A stretch of DNA of 63,995 nt, filler included, from Basidiobolus ranarum (GCA_040143965.1; 3 parts of 3 records of this genome joined end to end with filler, not necessarily neighbours in it), one strand, 5' to 3'; positions 13,811-24,561 are shown, numbered from the whole stretch's first letter. Translations and numbers: made by a program. Notes: generated by a model not told the origin, from the sequence alone.

Positions 13811-14671
13811 ATGTCACTTGAATTTAGCATCAAAGATCTATCCGATGACACTACCGTTCATACTGAAGCTTTAAAACGCAGCTATAACACAGCCGCCGAA
13901 GTCGAACAGGCAATTGGTAATATAGCGATTCAGAAAGCTCAACGCCAATGGTACGATAATCTGATGAATGGTTTCATGGCTGGAGCATTTGTTGCTTTGA
14001 TCGGAACATTCGCCTATACCGCTGGAGGTGGATTGGACCCAGCATTTAACAAAGCTTTTCCTTCTGTACAGAAGATCATCTTTAGCGGATGCTTTGCCAG
14101 TGCTCTACTGTTTATTGTCCTGTTCGGTGGGGATCTCTTCACTGGTAATATCATGGTCATGTTCGTGGGAGTTATTCAGCGCAAATGCACTATACTGAAA
14201 CTCTTAGAGAATTGGGTCCTGGTTACCATTGGCAACGCAGCCGGAGCATTGTTGACCACCTACCTCTTCGCTTACCTGACTCATCAATTCGAAGCCGAAC
14301 CATGGTTAAGTTGGATCATTGGAAATGCCGAGAAGAAGGTCAGCTACTCATTCGGAGTCGCATTCTTGAAAGCTATCCCGGCAAACGCTTTCGTATGCTT
14401 TGCTGTGTATTTGGCACTTACTGCTCGCGATATAACCGGAAAGTTCATATGCTTTTGGTGGCCAGTATTTGCATTCGCCATGTGTGGATACGAGCACTCG
14501 ATCGCCAACTTGTTCTATATTCCCGTAGGGATGATGTATGGAGCCAAAGTTACCGTAGGTCAATTTATTGTCAACAATTTCATCCCAGTTGTGTTGGGAA
14601 ATATTGTTGGCGGTGCTGGCTTGGTTGGCTTGACCTCATATGTCCTGAACCCTAAAAAGAAACAATTATGA
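13811..14671 (+). CDS. Formate/nitrite transporter (FNT family channel), intronless
   Basis: 286-aa hydrophobic ORF with FNT motifs GFMAGAFVALIG, GGDLFTGN, KAIPANAFVC, GYEHSIANLFYIP and PVVLGNIVGG. Confidence 0.93.
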   Translation: MSLEFSIKDLSDDTTVHTEALKRSYNTAAEVEQAIGNIAIQKAQRQWYDNLMNGFMAGAFVALIGTFAYTAGGGLDPAFNKAFPSVQKIIFSGCFASALLFIVLFGGDLFTGNIMVMFVGVIQRKCTILKLLENWVLVTIGNAAGALLTTYLFAYLTHQFEAEPWLSWIIGNAEKKVSYSFGVAFLKAIPANAFVCFAVYLALTARDITGKFICFWWPVFAFAMCGYEHSIANLFYIPVGMMYGAKVTVGQFIVNNFIPVVLGNIVGGAGLVGLTSYVLNPKKKQL

Positions 14672-16011
14672 ATCAATGAGATCTATTCATGTGCAGTTGC
14701 TTTCTCATTCCTTCCAAATTATTCATTCAATCGTTCATGTATCTTTCGTTCATGTATCTTTGCTCAGTTAGGTTGAGATTTCCTGTGCTTGACTGGTTTT
14801 TTACTTTATCAAGGCACTAATAAAGACAACATGGATTATGTAAGTTTTCTGAATAGTTTATGAAGCAAGTATGCTTATGTGGGGTATTATAGTATGCCTC
14901 TGTAGGATATTTGTGGTGGATATTTGTCAGCATGGAGATAGGGGCTAAGGTCTAAGAATTGGTGACTTAGGATCACTTAGACTGCATCATGACCATCACT
15001 CAGTACATGTGAAAGCGATCTTCCGCAGTCCTCTTCAGTATTATTTCACAAATGAAGCGGGTGTAGACAGAAGGGGGAATGGGAGGAATAAGGCTCTAGA
15101 TTTCGCTATGCATCTTGCAATACAACTATAGGTCGAAATCATATGCTTCCGGATTGCTTGTGTCACCATCCCCACCCTCCGTCCATCTTGGGTGCAAAAA
15201 TTACAAACAGTCAATGGTATTGTCAACGGCATTGCCCAATAACATTGAATTACGGATGAATTGTTTTGCTTCAGATCCGAAACCTTGAATACCGATGCAA
15301 GAGTTCAAGTTTGGGATGTATAAACGAGCAACATGACTGATTTGTAAACAATCCCAAAAATAATATAAATAATGTACTTTTGCACGAGGCTTGAGTTGGA
15401 CTAGGATTGTAGGCCCAAGTATTGGTCGTTGCGGCTTGACAGCTCGTGAAGTAGGTGAGGTTACGACCAGAATCAGTCAAGTATGGACTCACTTTTACCC
15501 TACGAATTGTTCATTTATCTACTGACATGTCCCATCATACCTCCCATTGCTCGCTACCTGTTGCCCGCTATCGGGTCTCCTTTCCTGGTGCAGATGTAAT
15601 CATATTGGTCGGAATTGATGACATCGTGATATTCATAGATCATCAGTCATCCTTATTGCCTGGCTTTGAATCACTCTTTATATGCACCCATTTAGTGAAC
15701 CCTTTTAATATAATTTTCATATATACTAAATCCTGACATTAAATGTAAATGCTTCCTAAAACGGAAACTGGGGTTTTGCTTCTTACTCTTGCATCACTGG
15801 CCCATTCGAAAGGAGTCTCAGCGGACAATCGTATTTAAAGCAAACCTTTTTAGCCTGGTACTATATTTTTTGCTGCATAACCTTTTTTCTAATTCGTTTG
15901 TACAATTACTAATTCACTCTGCGAACTATTTTACCTTTTACCACTTAAACCCTTGTATCAGACTTTATAATACTACGCACCTCTTCAACTTTAATTTACG
16001 CCTTCGTTAAC

Positions 16012-17082
16012 ATGGGAAACATCCAAACTAAAAAGGAGAAACCTCGTATAGATGGCGGCGGCTTTACTCCGATAGGAATTTACTCGGCTGAACAGGATTT
16101 TGATGGTCGTGCTGTCCGGAAATTCATCCTTGATAGAAGAATTGCTCCTTTCTACAAAGGTTTGGCTGAAATCGATGATTCCCTTAAAGATCAATCTACC
16201 ATCAGTTTCTCTAAAAAAACTGTATCGAATGCCAAATCAACCAGATATAAAACCAAGAGCAAACTAGACGGATACAAGTTGACTCCAGCGGATCTCTACC
16301 AAAATGCTATTGAATGTCCCATTTGTTTCCTGGTTAGTTTTGACAAATACCGATCCATCAGAGATTCCTTTACTAATGCAATTTCTGTAACGTAGTACTA
16401 TCCCAAGAACATTAATTATACCCGGTGTTGCCATCAACCCATCTGTACCGAATGCTTTGTTCAAATGAAACGGCAAAATGCTACCACCTCTGCCACCTGT
16501 CCATATTGTGTAGAGTCAAATTTCGGAGTTGTTTACGAAGCTCCATGTGATGCTAACTTTTATACGAATGGATTCAAATCGACATCAATCTCTAGAGATG
16601 ACTCGAAGACACGAAGAGCATCAGTACATTACAATAGTTCTGAGGTTATCACTAGCGATGACATCCGACCTGACCATACGCATAAACCTCATATAAGCTC
16701 ACTAGCTCATCGCCGTACCACTCTCAACATCGCGCGCCGGCTGTTCCGCCTCCGCCAAAATCCTAGGCATACTGATAGTACACAATCAAATGCAGAGTTG
16801 ACTTCAAACGACACTGTTGGTCTGGCTTTGGAAGATTTGATGATCATGGAGGCTATCAGACAAAGTTTACCTCAACGAGAAATCGATGAACGAAGTATAG
16901 AAGTAATTCATCGTGACTCCAACTCAGAGGAACATTATACATTTGCTGATGCATCAAACGAGCAACATTCAACACATAACCAAGTTGAGAGTGTGGAAAC
17001 TCAAAGCGCCCCTAGCCAACCTGACAGGCCAGATCGGGATAACTTTCGGTCCCAAATTGGGGAATCGCTCCTTGTCCATTAA
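16012..17082 (+). CDS. SIP5: Sip5-like SNF1-interacting RING-type protein
   Basis: MGN start; DGGGFTPIGIY..DFD..VRKFILDRRIAPFYKGL; ECPICFL|YYPKNINYTRCCHQPICTECFVQMKR..CPYCVESNFGVVY; intron 16333-16395. Confidence 0.88.
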
Positions 17083-17931
17083 CATAATCAGCAAATCCTT
17101 TCCCGAAAGAGTAGAATGTATTGGCCTCATTCTGCTTGGGTATTCCTTCGGATTTCGGGATTAACAAATATATTGCAATGTACAATTTTCTTCATTCTAG
17201 TAAATTTATTCTCTAACTCTCACTCTGATGTACCGCATTATCCTGTGATAACCACTCGTTAGGCCAATCTTTCTTCGTGGTTTCCAAAAACATTGAAACT
17301 TATTTATATATATATACATATGCATATAATTGAGGTCTCTTGACGGATGGCTCAATTTTTTGTAATTTCTGTGGCATGTGCAAATTTTGGCAGATGCTCA
17401 ATTACCGAAATAAACATCATTTGGACTTCGTATCACCTGCGCGTCACCATCGCCTATACAACTCCAGATACCATCCAATATTTAATGAAATCCGGCAATA
17501 TTGATAGAGCAGTAACAATAACAGTAATAATGTTACCTCTATTTAGTTACAAACATCATTGGATAAAATACCCTGTTTTTGACTAAAGATAATCATAACT
17601 TATGTGAAAAATAGTATCAGAAAAAAAAATCAACTAAATCCAAACGTTTGTCGCAAGTTTTAAAAAAAAATTCGAAGAAATCTAAGCTTTTTTTCATGAA
17701 GAAGGAATATACCTAATTTTCCAGAATTTCAAGCGACCTGTCTTTTTGTATCGTCCTTGAAGAAGTTGATTTTCTTCCGGTAATCCCGCATTGAAATCTC
17801 TTACTTTTCTGGGCAATCTCAATCTTCTCTAGAATTATAGAAAATCTCTTTCCATTTTATTGTTTCCTATTCCTTCCTCTATTACATTAGTAACCATTTA
17901 GAAATACTCGACCTTTAGAAGTTAGCGTACG

Positions 17932-20900
17932 ATGTTTTCTGAAGATACCGATTCCCTTTTCGATGTTTTCTCTGCGCCTACCACTACAGAGATTTCCACC
18001 GATTTGACCAATCTTTCCACCAAAAAGAGAAAGACAGAAGAGGCTGTTCCTGACGACGTGTCCAAAGAAGTCAATGAAGTAAAGAGCGTATCCAACGACT
18101 CCCAAGAGCCCACCAGAAAGATAAAACGTGCTTTATCACCCAAAGCACTTGTTGCTGACGAGTTTTCTCAAGATTTATCTCGTGAAGTTCAAGCAGTTGG
18201 AAAGGAAGTTCAAGAAGATTATGGAGAAACTCTAGTACTTTCTCACCAAGTATGTAACACCCTTTATTAACCTTCCATATCTCTCTTCATACTGAACGTG
18301 ATTCTCTATTTTTCAGGTTCGTCACCAAGTTGCCATTCCACCTACTTATGAATATATTCCTTTATCGCAACACGTGTCTCCTCAACCACCTGCTAGAACC
18401 TATCCATTCAAGCTAGATCCTTTCCAGCTCTTAGCTACTCATTGTATTGAGCGTTCAGAGTCAGTTCTTGTCAGTGCTCACACTAGTGCTGGTAAGACCG
18501 TGGTAGCTGAGTATGCTATTGCACAAAGTTTAAGAGAGAAACAACGAGTTATCTACACTAGTCCTATCAAAGCACTTAGTAATCAGAAGTATCGTGAACT
18601 TCTTCAAGAGTTCGGAGATGTAGGATTGATGACTGGTGATGTTACTATCAATCCTAGTGCCTCTTGTTTAGTCATGACCACGGAAATTTTAAGATCTATG
18701 TTATATCGTGGTTCAGAAGTCATGAGAGAAGTTGCTTGGGTAATCTTCGATGAAGTACATTATATGAGAGATAAAGCTCGTGGTGTGGTTTGGGAAGAAA
18801 CAATCATTATGCTTCCTCATAAAGTCCACTATGTCTTTTTGTCAGCTACCATTCCCAACGCTATGGAGTTCGCTGAATGGATCTGTAAGATTCATGAACA
18901 AGTAAGTCAACGAATTCGTGAGTTTTCCAATTTCTTCATCTACCCATTACTTACATGTGTTACTTGTTTAGCCGTGCCATATTGTGTACACCGATTTCCG
19001 TCCCACACCCCTACAACATTATCTCTTCCCATCTGGTAGCGAGGGAATTCATTTGGTTGTCGATGAGAAAAGTGTTTTCCGTGAGGAGAACTTCCAGAAG
19101 GCTATTGGGGCTCTAGGAGATTCTGCTCCCGAAGAGCCTGGAGGCAGCGGAAAAGGCTCCAAGAAGAAGAGTAGAAAACCAACCACTAAAGGTAAACTAA
19201 TGATCTTCTCACCTTAATCACAAGACTCCTACTAAAGTATTCTTTCTCAGGTCCATCGGATATCTACAAGATCGTTAAGATGATCATGACCAAGAATTAT
19301 CATCCAGTGATTGTGTTTAGTTTTAGTAAGAGAGAGTGCGAATCTCTAGCGCTTCAGATGAGTAAACTCGACTTCAATGACGAATCGGAAAATGAGATGG
19401 TGGCCACCGTCTTCACCAATGCCATCAACGGCTTATCCGACGATGACAAACAACTTCCCCAGATTGAGCACCTTTTGCCTTTGTTACGTCGTGGTATCGG
19501 AATACATCATTCCGGATTACTTCCCATCTTAAAGGAAGTTATTGAAATCCTCTTCCAAGAGGGTTTACTCAAAGTGCTATTTGCCACGGAAACATTCTCT
19601 ATCGGTCTTAACATGCCTGCTAAAACGGTCGTGTTTACCAATGTGAGAAAGTTCGATGGTAAGGATTTCCGTTGGGTGTCCTCGGGTGAATATATTCAGA
19701 TGTCTGGTCGTGCGGGTAGACGTGGTCTGGATGATCGTGGTATTGTTATCATGATGGTGGATGAAAAGATGGAGCCAGCAGTGGCCAAGAATATGGTCAA
19801 AGGAGAGGCTGATGCCTTGAACTCAGCTTTCCATCTCACTTACAATATGATTCTCAATCTGATGCGTGTAGACGGAATGAGTCCTGAATTCATGTTGGAC
19901 CAATGTTTCTTCCAGTTCCAGAACAACGCCAATGTGCCCAAACTCGAGGCGGAACTTCAAGTGGTCGAGGAGGAGCGTAGATCCATTGTTGTTGAGAATG
20001 AAAAATTGGTGGAACAATACTTCAACTTGAAGCAAGAAATTGAACGTTACACCGGAGACAAATTCGACATCATGAATCATCCAACTTACTCGCTTCCATT
20101 CATTCAACCTGGTCGTGTGGTAAGAGTGGTTCATAATGGGGATGACTTCGGATGGGGTTGTGTTGTTAGTTATCAGAAGAGATCTTCCTCCAACAAAGGT
20201 CCTAACAAGGATGTTAACGATGCTGACGATGTGGATGCCGCCTCCAAATACATTGTTGATGTACTCCTCTGTTGTGCAGCTGGAACCACCGTCGCTAAAG
20301 GACCAGATGGTTTAGTGGCCGGTGTTCAGCCATGCAAAGAGAATGAAAAGGGAGAGATGGTGGTCGTTCCTGTGTTGCTTAACACTTTGAGAGGAATGAG
20401 CCACGTCCGACTTTTCCTTCCTAAAGATATTCGACCCCTCGAACCCAGAAACACAGTGCAGAAATCTATCAACGAAGTTAAAAAGAGATTCCCAGATGGA
20501 TTGCCTCTCCTTGATCCAGTCGATAACCTCGGTATCAAAGATGAGAGCTTCAAGAAACTCATCAAGAAGATTGATGTATTGCAAGCTCGTCTGGATGATA
20601 GTCCCATCAAATCTGACCCACAACTTCCTCAACTTTACGAAGAATACGCCAAGAAAATGAAGCTTGCGTTACAAGCAAAAGAACTCAAGAAACAAATTCA
20701 AACCGCTCACTCGATCATGCAACTGGACGAACTTAGATGCCGTAAACGTGTCCTTAGAAGATTGGGCTACACCAATCAAGCAGACGTTATTGAAGTCAAG
20801 GGCAGAGTCGCCTGTGAGATCAGTACTGGTGATGAGTTGCTGTTAACTGAGATGATCTTCAATGGTGTCTTCAATGACCTTACAGTGGAACAAAGTGTTG

Positions 20901-21310
20901 CCTTGCTCAGTTGTTTCGTATTCCAAGAAAAGAGTGAACAAGCACCAAAGCTTGGAGAAGAGCTTGCTGGTCCCCTTCGTATGATGCAAGAAGCAGCCAG
21001 AAGAATCGCCAAGGTTTCCCAAGAATCGAAATTGAATGTTAACGAAGAGGAGTATGTTGAGAGTTTCCGATCGGAACACATGGATGTGGTTCACGCTTGG
21101 TGTAATGGTGCGAAATTCTCACAAATCATCAAGATGACGGATACATTCGAAGGTTCCTTGATTCGTGGATTCCGAAGACTGGAAGAATTACTACGACAAA
21201 TGTGTGCAGCAGCCAAATCCATTGGTAATACTGAATTGGAGAATAAATTCGCCGATGGTATTAACAAGATTAAACGTGATATCGTTTTTGCCGCCTCACT
21301 TTATTTGTAA
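17932..21310 (+). CDS. MTR4: Mtr4/Dob1 Ski2-like DEVH-box RNA helicase (TRAMP/exosome cofactor)
   Basis: [47 protein letters not shown], arch/KOW insertion and C-terminal [12 protein letters not shown]. Introns 18250-18316, 18902-18971 and 19192-19250. Confidence 0.96.
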
Positions 21311-21865
21311 ATATATATACGTTTGGTTCCCTATCTTTCCCCACCCCTTCCCTTCATCAAGGATTCTGCTAGCTGTATCTGCTAGCTGTATGCTTCCTCT
21401 TTTATTATCAATAAACTCTTATAATTGATAGAATTGCACTAATTTCTTGATTACATTGATCCATTTCTCTCATGTTTGTCCTCGGAGGTAGTGTCACTAA
21501 ATCTTGAATTTCAGCACTTGTATTAATATGGATGCCCCAAAATGGGAATTCTCATATAGATCTGTCAGATATAGTTACCAATGTTTAGAGCATGCTATGA
21601 CATTGTGTTCCACGAATCTATCAATTTTACTCCGAGCAGGTGTCACTAATAAACAGCATTATATATCTCTTGAATATCTGAATTTCTACCCTAATCTCAT
21701 TGAAAAATAGATGATGAAACTCTTTTAATGGTGGCTCAAGATGGCTATCTAAATCACCTGGCAACTTTGATGTTAATGTGGGCTGAGCTAAGTATTTTCA
21801 TAGCACGCTTTGTTCAGAATCATGCTTGTATAGACAGAGGGCATCTTGAATTTCTTCCAAATCTT

Positions 21866-22037
21866 GGAAAGCCATCATTAAGGAGAATAGACCAATTGCT
21901 TCAGTTAAAGCGAATCCTAAAATTGTATAACTGAATAATTGAGCTTTAAGAGAAGGGTTTCTTGAAGTTAAGTTAATTAAAGCTGCGAATACTAAACCTA
22001 CTCCTACTCCTACTCCTGCTAATCCTATAGTTGCTAA
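21866..22037 (-). pseudogene. atp9: NUMT: internal fragment of mitochondrial atp9 (ATP synthase subunit c)
   Basis: Reads [57 protein letters not shown], with RNP loop and catalytic Glu. Codon usage is mitochondrial-like (TTA, GGA, GTA). The N-terminal and C-terminal residues of subunit c and any targeting peptide are missing. Confidence 0.88.
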
Positions 22038-23102
22038 GAGTATAATTAAGCCAACTATTATGTCTAAGTACTGAAATGTCACAACATCCAGCTTGTCAAT
22101 AAATGATATACAACCATCTGAAGAGAACTTTGAAAAGAAATAGTGAATGGTTTATTTGAATATCTGTGAAAGTAGCTGTAGGAAAAATATGCAAGACTTT
22201 CCAACTTGTCTCTTGGTTATTTCCATAAATAATTCTATGCATCCTGAACATATGTACAGTTTTGAACTACATATTATTTGTCCAAGTAGTATTAACTACT
22301 GTTGATGTGATGAGCTAAGTCAACAGGTATTGAAGAATAGAAGTGATAAGTATAAAAGAGATAGAAAGCTCAACATTGCAATTTAACTATTTGTCAGTAT
22401 ATCTGAATCTTGATTTTGTTTTAAATCCAGGAGTTAGGCATGCGGCAGAGATTAATTTGAATGTTGCAAGTGATTTCCTTAGATAGTATTATCTCTGAGC
22501 TGGTTAAAAATGACTTCCCTAACAAACTGGTGGTCAATGTCAATATATATATATTTTGGTGTGAAATCTACAATATCTACTATCCTGAACAATAATTATG
22601 GGTGCATTCTGCAAATTCTCAAGCTACTAGACTGTTTTGTTCACCACATTACCACCCTGGCTGTGTAACTAGATACCATCAAGCACTTCAAATACTGATG
22701 ATTTCATATTGAGTGAAGTGAGGTATCCTTTTGTCTTCTGATATCGTAAATGTGAATAATGAATGCTTACATGTTTGAACGCTCTAACTGTAGTATAATC
22801 AAGCTAACTAACAGGTTACATGTCTTTAGTAAGCCTCTATCACTTTCGCAATATCCCACTTCATTACTAAATACCTCGTAAAAATCTTTTGAGAGGATAA
22901 ATCCTTCAATGAAGTAGTCTACTTGCCTACATAACCAGCGGAACATAATAATAAAATGAGAAGGCTAAGCTGAGGATTCAACCTTTTCAGTATATAACTG
23001 TGAAGTCTTAACATAAGGCTACATTATTTACCGAGTACAGAATAAACTTTTATTATTCGATTTAGGAAACAATAAACTGTACTGCTCGATATTTTCATCA
23101 AT

Positions 23103-23435
23103 TTAATCGTATTGACCGCCATAACGAGAACGAGAATGACTTTATTGACCATTTCTGCGGGAGATTCCTCTTTCGTATTCATTGTCATACTCATCCTGGT
23201 CATACTGGCGGCCATAGCGGGAGCGAGACCAGTTTTGTTGACCATTTCTACGAGAGACACCGCGCTCATATTCGTTATCGTACTCGTCCTGCTCGTATTG
23301 ACGACCATAACGAGAGCGAGGATAGTTCTGTTGACCATTTCTGCGAGAGACACCGCGCTCGTATTCGTTATCATACTCATCTTGATCATATTGACGGCCA
23401 TAGCGAGAGCGAGGATAGTTCTGTTGACCATTTCT
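23103..23435. repeat. 93-bp tandem repeat, about 3.5 visible copies, running into the assembly gap
   Basis: Anchor TTGACCATTTCT recurs at about 23145, 23238, 23331 and 23424. Confidence 0.95.
23142..23435 (-). CDS. 3' end of a tandem-repeat protein (31-aa unit RNGQQNYPRSRYGRQYDQDEYDNEYERGVSR); 5' end is in the gap
   Basis: 93-bp period. In the frame AGA AAT GGT CAA CAG AAC TAT CCT CGC.., most differences between copies are synonymous or conservative third-position changes (CGC/CGT, GGC/GGT, TAT/TAC, CAA/CAG, GAT/GAC), which marks this as the coding frame. TAA at 23144-23142. This frame is absent from the ORF track. Confidence 0.8.
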   Translation of the reverse strand, partial: RNGQQNYPRSRYGRQYDQDEYDNEYERGVSRRNGQQNYPRSRYGRQYEQDEYDNEYERGVSRRNGQQNWSRSRYGRQYDQDEYDNEYERGISRRNGQ

Positions 23436-23535
23436 NNNNNNNNNNNNNNNNNNNNNNNNNNNNNNNNNNNNNNNNNNNNTTAATTAATTAANNNNNNNNN
23501 NNNNNNNNNNNNNNNNNNNNNNNNNNNNNNNNNNN
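23436..23535. other. Assembly gap: 100-nt placeholder with artificial six-frame stop spacer TTAATTAATTAA (23480-23491)
   Basis: N-run, TTAATTAATTAA, N-run; identical to the construct at 46946-47045. Confidence 0.97.
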
Positions 23536-24561
23536 TCACCAAAGATCATCAAGCCAAAGAACCGGGAATGCTTCAATGTACAAGGGAACAAGGTTGAACC
23601 ACTGATTATTCGAGGCCTAGTTGGAGAGCGTATTCAGCTTCATTTGCATAATGGGCTACCCAAGCAACTCGTTCCTGAACCATTTGCTGTCCCCGTTCCG
23701 GTAGATAGTACCAATCGAACTGTATCCAATAGAGTATCGATACATGCTCCGCTCATACAGCATGATGTCAGGTATGATGATGGCTCCAATGTCGGTTTTA
23801 ACGAAGATTCCACCGTCGGAGTAGGAGATACGAGAATTTATAATTGGTATGCAGACCAACATTTAGGAGCTCTTCCACTACAAGATCATGCCGATATTCG
23901 CAATCATAAGCATCATGGGTTAGTTGGAGCTTTGGTAATCTTGGGTTCTCATGAAGTTCCTGAGACATGGGTTGGTCCTGCCTCTAATGTTTACTACCGT
24001 ACCAATGTTTACAATCGCCCTTCAAAGCGTGGACGATTGCTCTATCAAGATAAAGTAATGATATTACAATCCGGCCTACGTTTGTTTGAAAACAATACTA
24101 TTGATGCACCTATTCCCTATGCAACCGGCTTCCAATTTCAAATTTTGGCCAACGCTACTACTCCTGTTCCAGGTGAAGTGGGCGTTGCTTTGCAGGATGC
24201 AGGACTTAAAGCTATGAACTATCGAAACCAACCTGCTTCTGCTCCAAACTGGTTGAAAAACAACAACCCTTCGACACAAATATTTGATGCCATTGCAAGC
24301 ACTCGACAGGTCCTATATGTTGTTAGTGGTTTAGATAAACCAAGACCACAATCATTCCATCTCCATGGCCATGCATGGATTGATCAGCTCAAGGCACCAC
24401 AACATGGCGTCTCTTCTGTCAATAATGCCATCGGTGTTGGTGCAAGTATAACGAATGAGTTTACAGCCAGCAATAGCACTGGAGATTGGGCCTACAGAGC
24501 CGGGTGGCTAAATGCAGAGTACCTGACCGAAAATTGGGGTATTTTCCGTGTGCATAAATAA
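23536..24561 (+). CDS. C-terminal part of a large MnxG-like multicopper oxidase (bacterial type); 5' end is in the gap
   Basis: Frame is open from the gap edge: ..KVEPLIIRGLVGERIQLHLHN..VSNRVSIHAPLIQHDVRYDDGSNVGFNEDSTV..YNWYAD..DHADIRNHKHHGLVGALVI..QDAGLKAMNYR..PSTQIFDA..RPQSFHLHGHAW..GDWAYRAG..NWGIFRVHK. This follows the motif order I recall for the last two cupredoxin domains of Bacillus MnxG-like proteins. No introns in 1 kb. Confidence 0.8.
   Translation, partial: SPKIIKPKNRECFNVQGNKVEPLIIRGLVGERIQLHLHNGLPKQLVPEPFAVPVPVDSTNRTVSNRVSIHAPLIQHDVRYDDGSNVGFNEDSTVGVGDTRIYNWYADQHLGALPLQDHADIRNHKHHGLVGALVILGSHEVPETWVGPASNVYYRTNVYNRPSKRGRLLYQDKVMILQSGLRLFENNTIDAPIPYATGFQFQILANATTPVPGEVGVALQDAGLKAMNYRNQPASAPNWLKNNNPSTQIFDAIASTRQVLYVVSGLDKPRPQSFHLHGHAWIDQLKAPQHGVSSVNNAIGVGASITNEFTASNSTGDWAYRAGWLNAEYLTENWGIFRVHK

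Noticed and set aside
4435-21310. HMG gene plus RNA helicase as a Mucorales-type sex locus
   Set aside because: The helicase is MTR4, 11 kb away with three genes between; there is no triose-phosphate transporter flank; SexM/SexP have a single HMG box.
21798-22082. 94-aa ORF as a functional nuclear ATP9
   Set aside because: Non-ATG start, no presequence, both ends of subunit c replaced by unrelated sequence, mitochondrial-like codon usage; treated as a NUMT.
23103-23144. TAA at Gln positions as evidence of a TAA=Gln genetic code
   Set aside because: MTR4, Ran, GYP1 and others terminate at TAA at their expected C-termini, so the standard code applies.
23024-23483. ORF-track proteins 23024..23431(-) and 23112..23483(+), which look hydrophobic and repetitive
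   Set aside because: Shadow frames of the 93-bp repeat; inter-copy changes are non-synonymous in these frames and mostly synonymous in the RNGQQNY frame.
23480-23491. TTAATTAATTAA palindrome inside N-runs (also 46990-47001)
   Set aside because: Artificial six-frame stop spacer inserted by the assembly pipeline; not biological.
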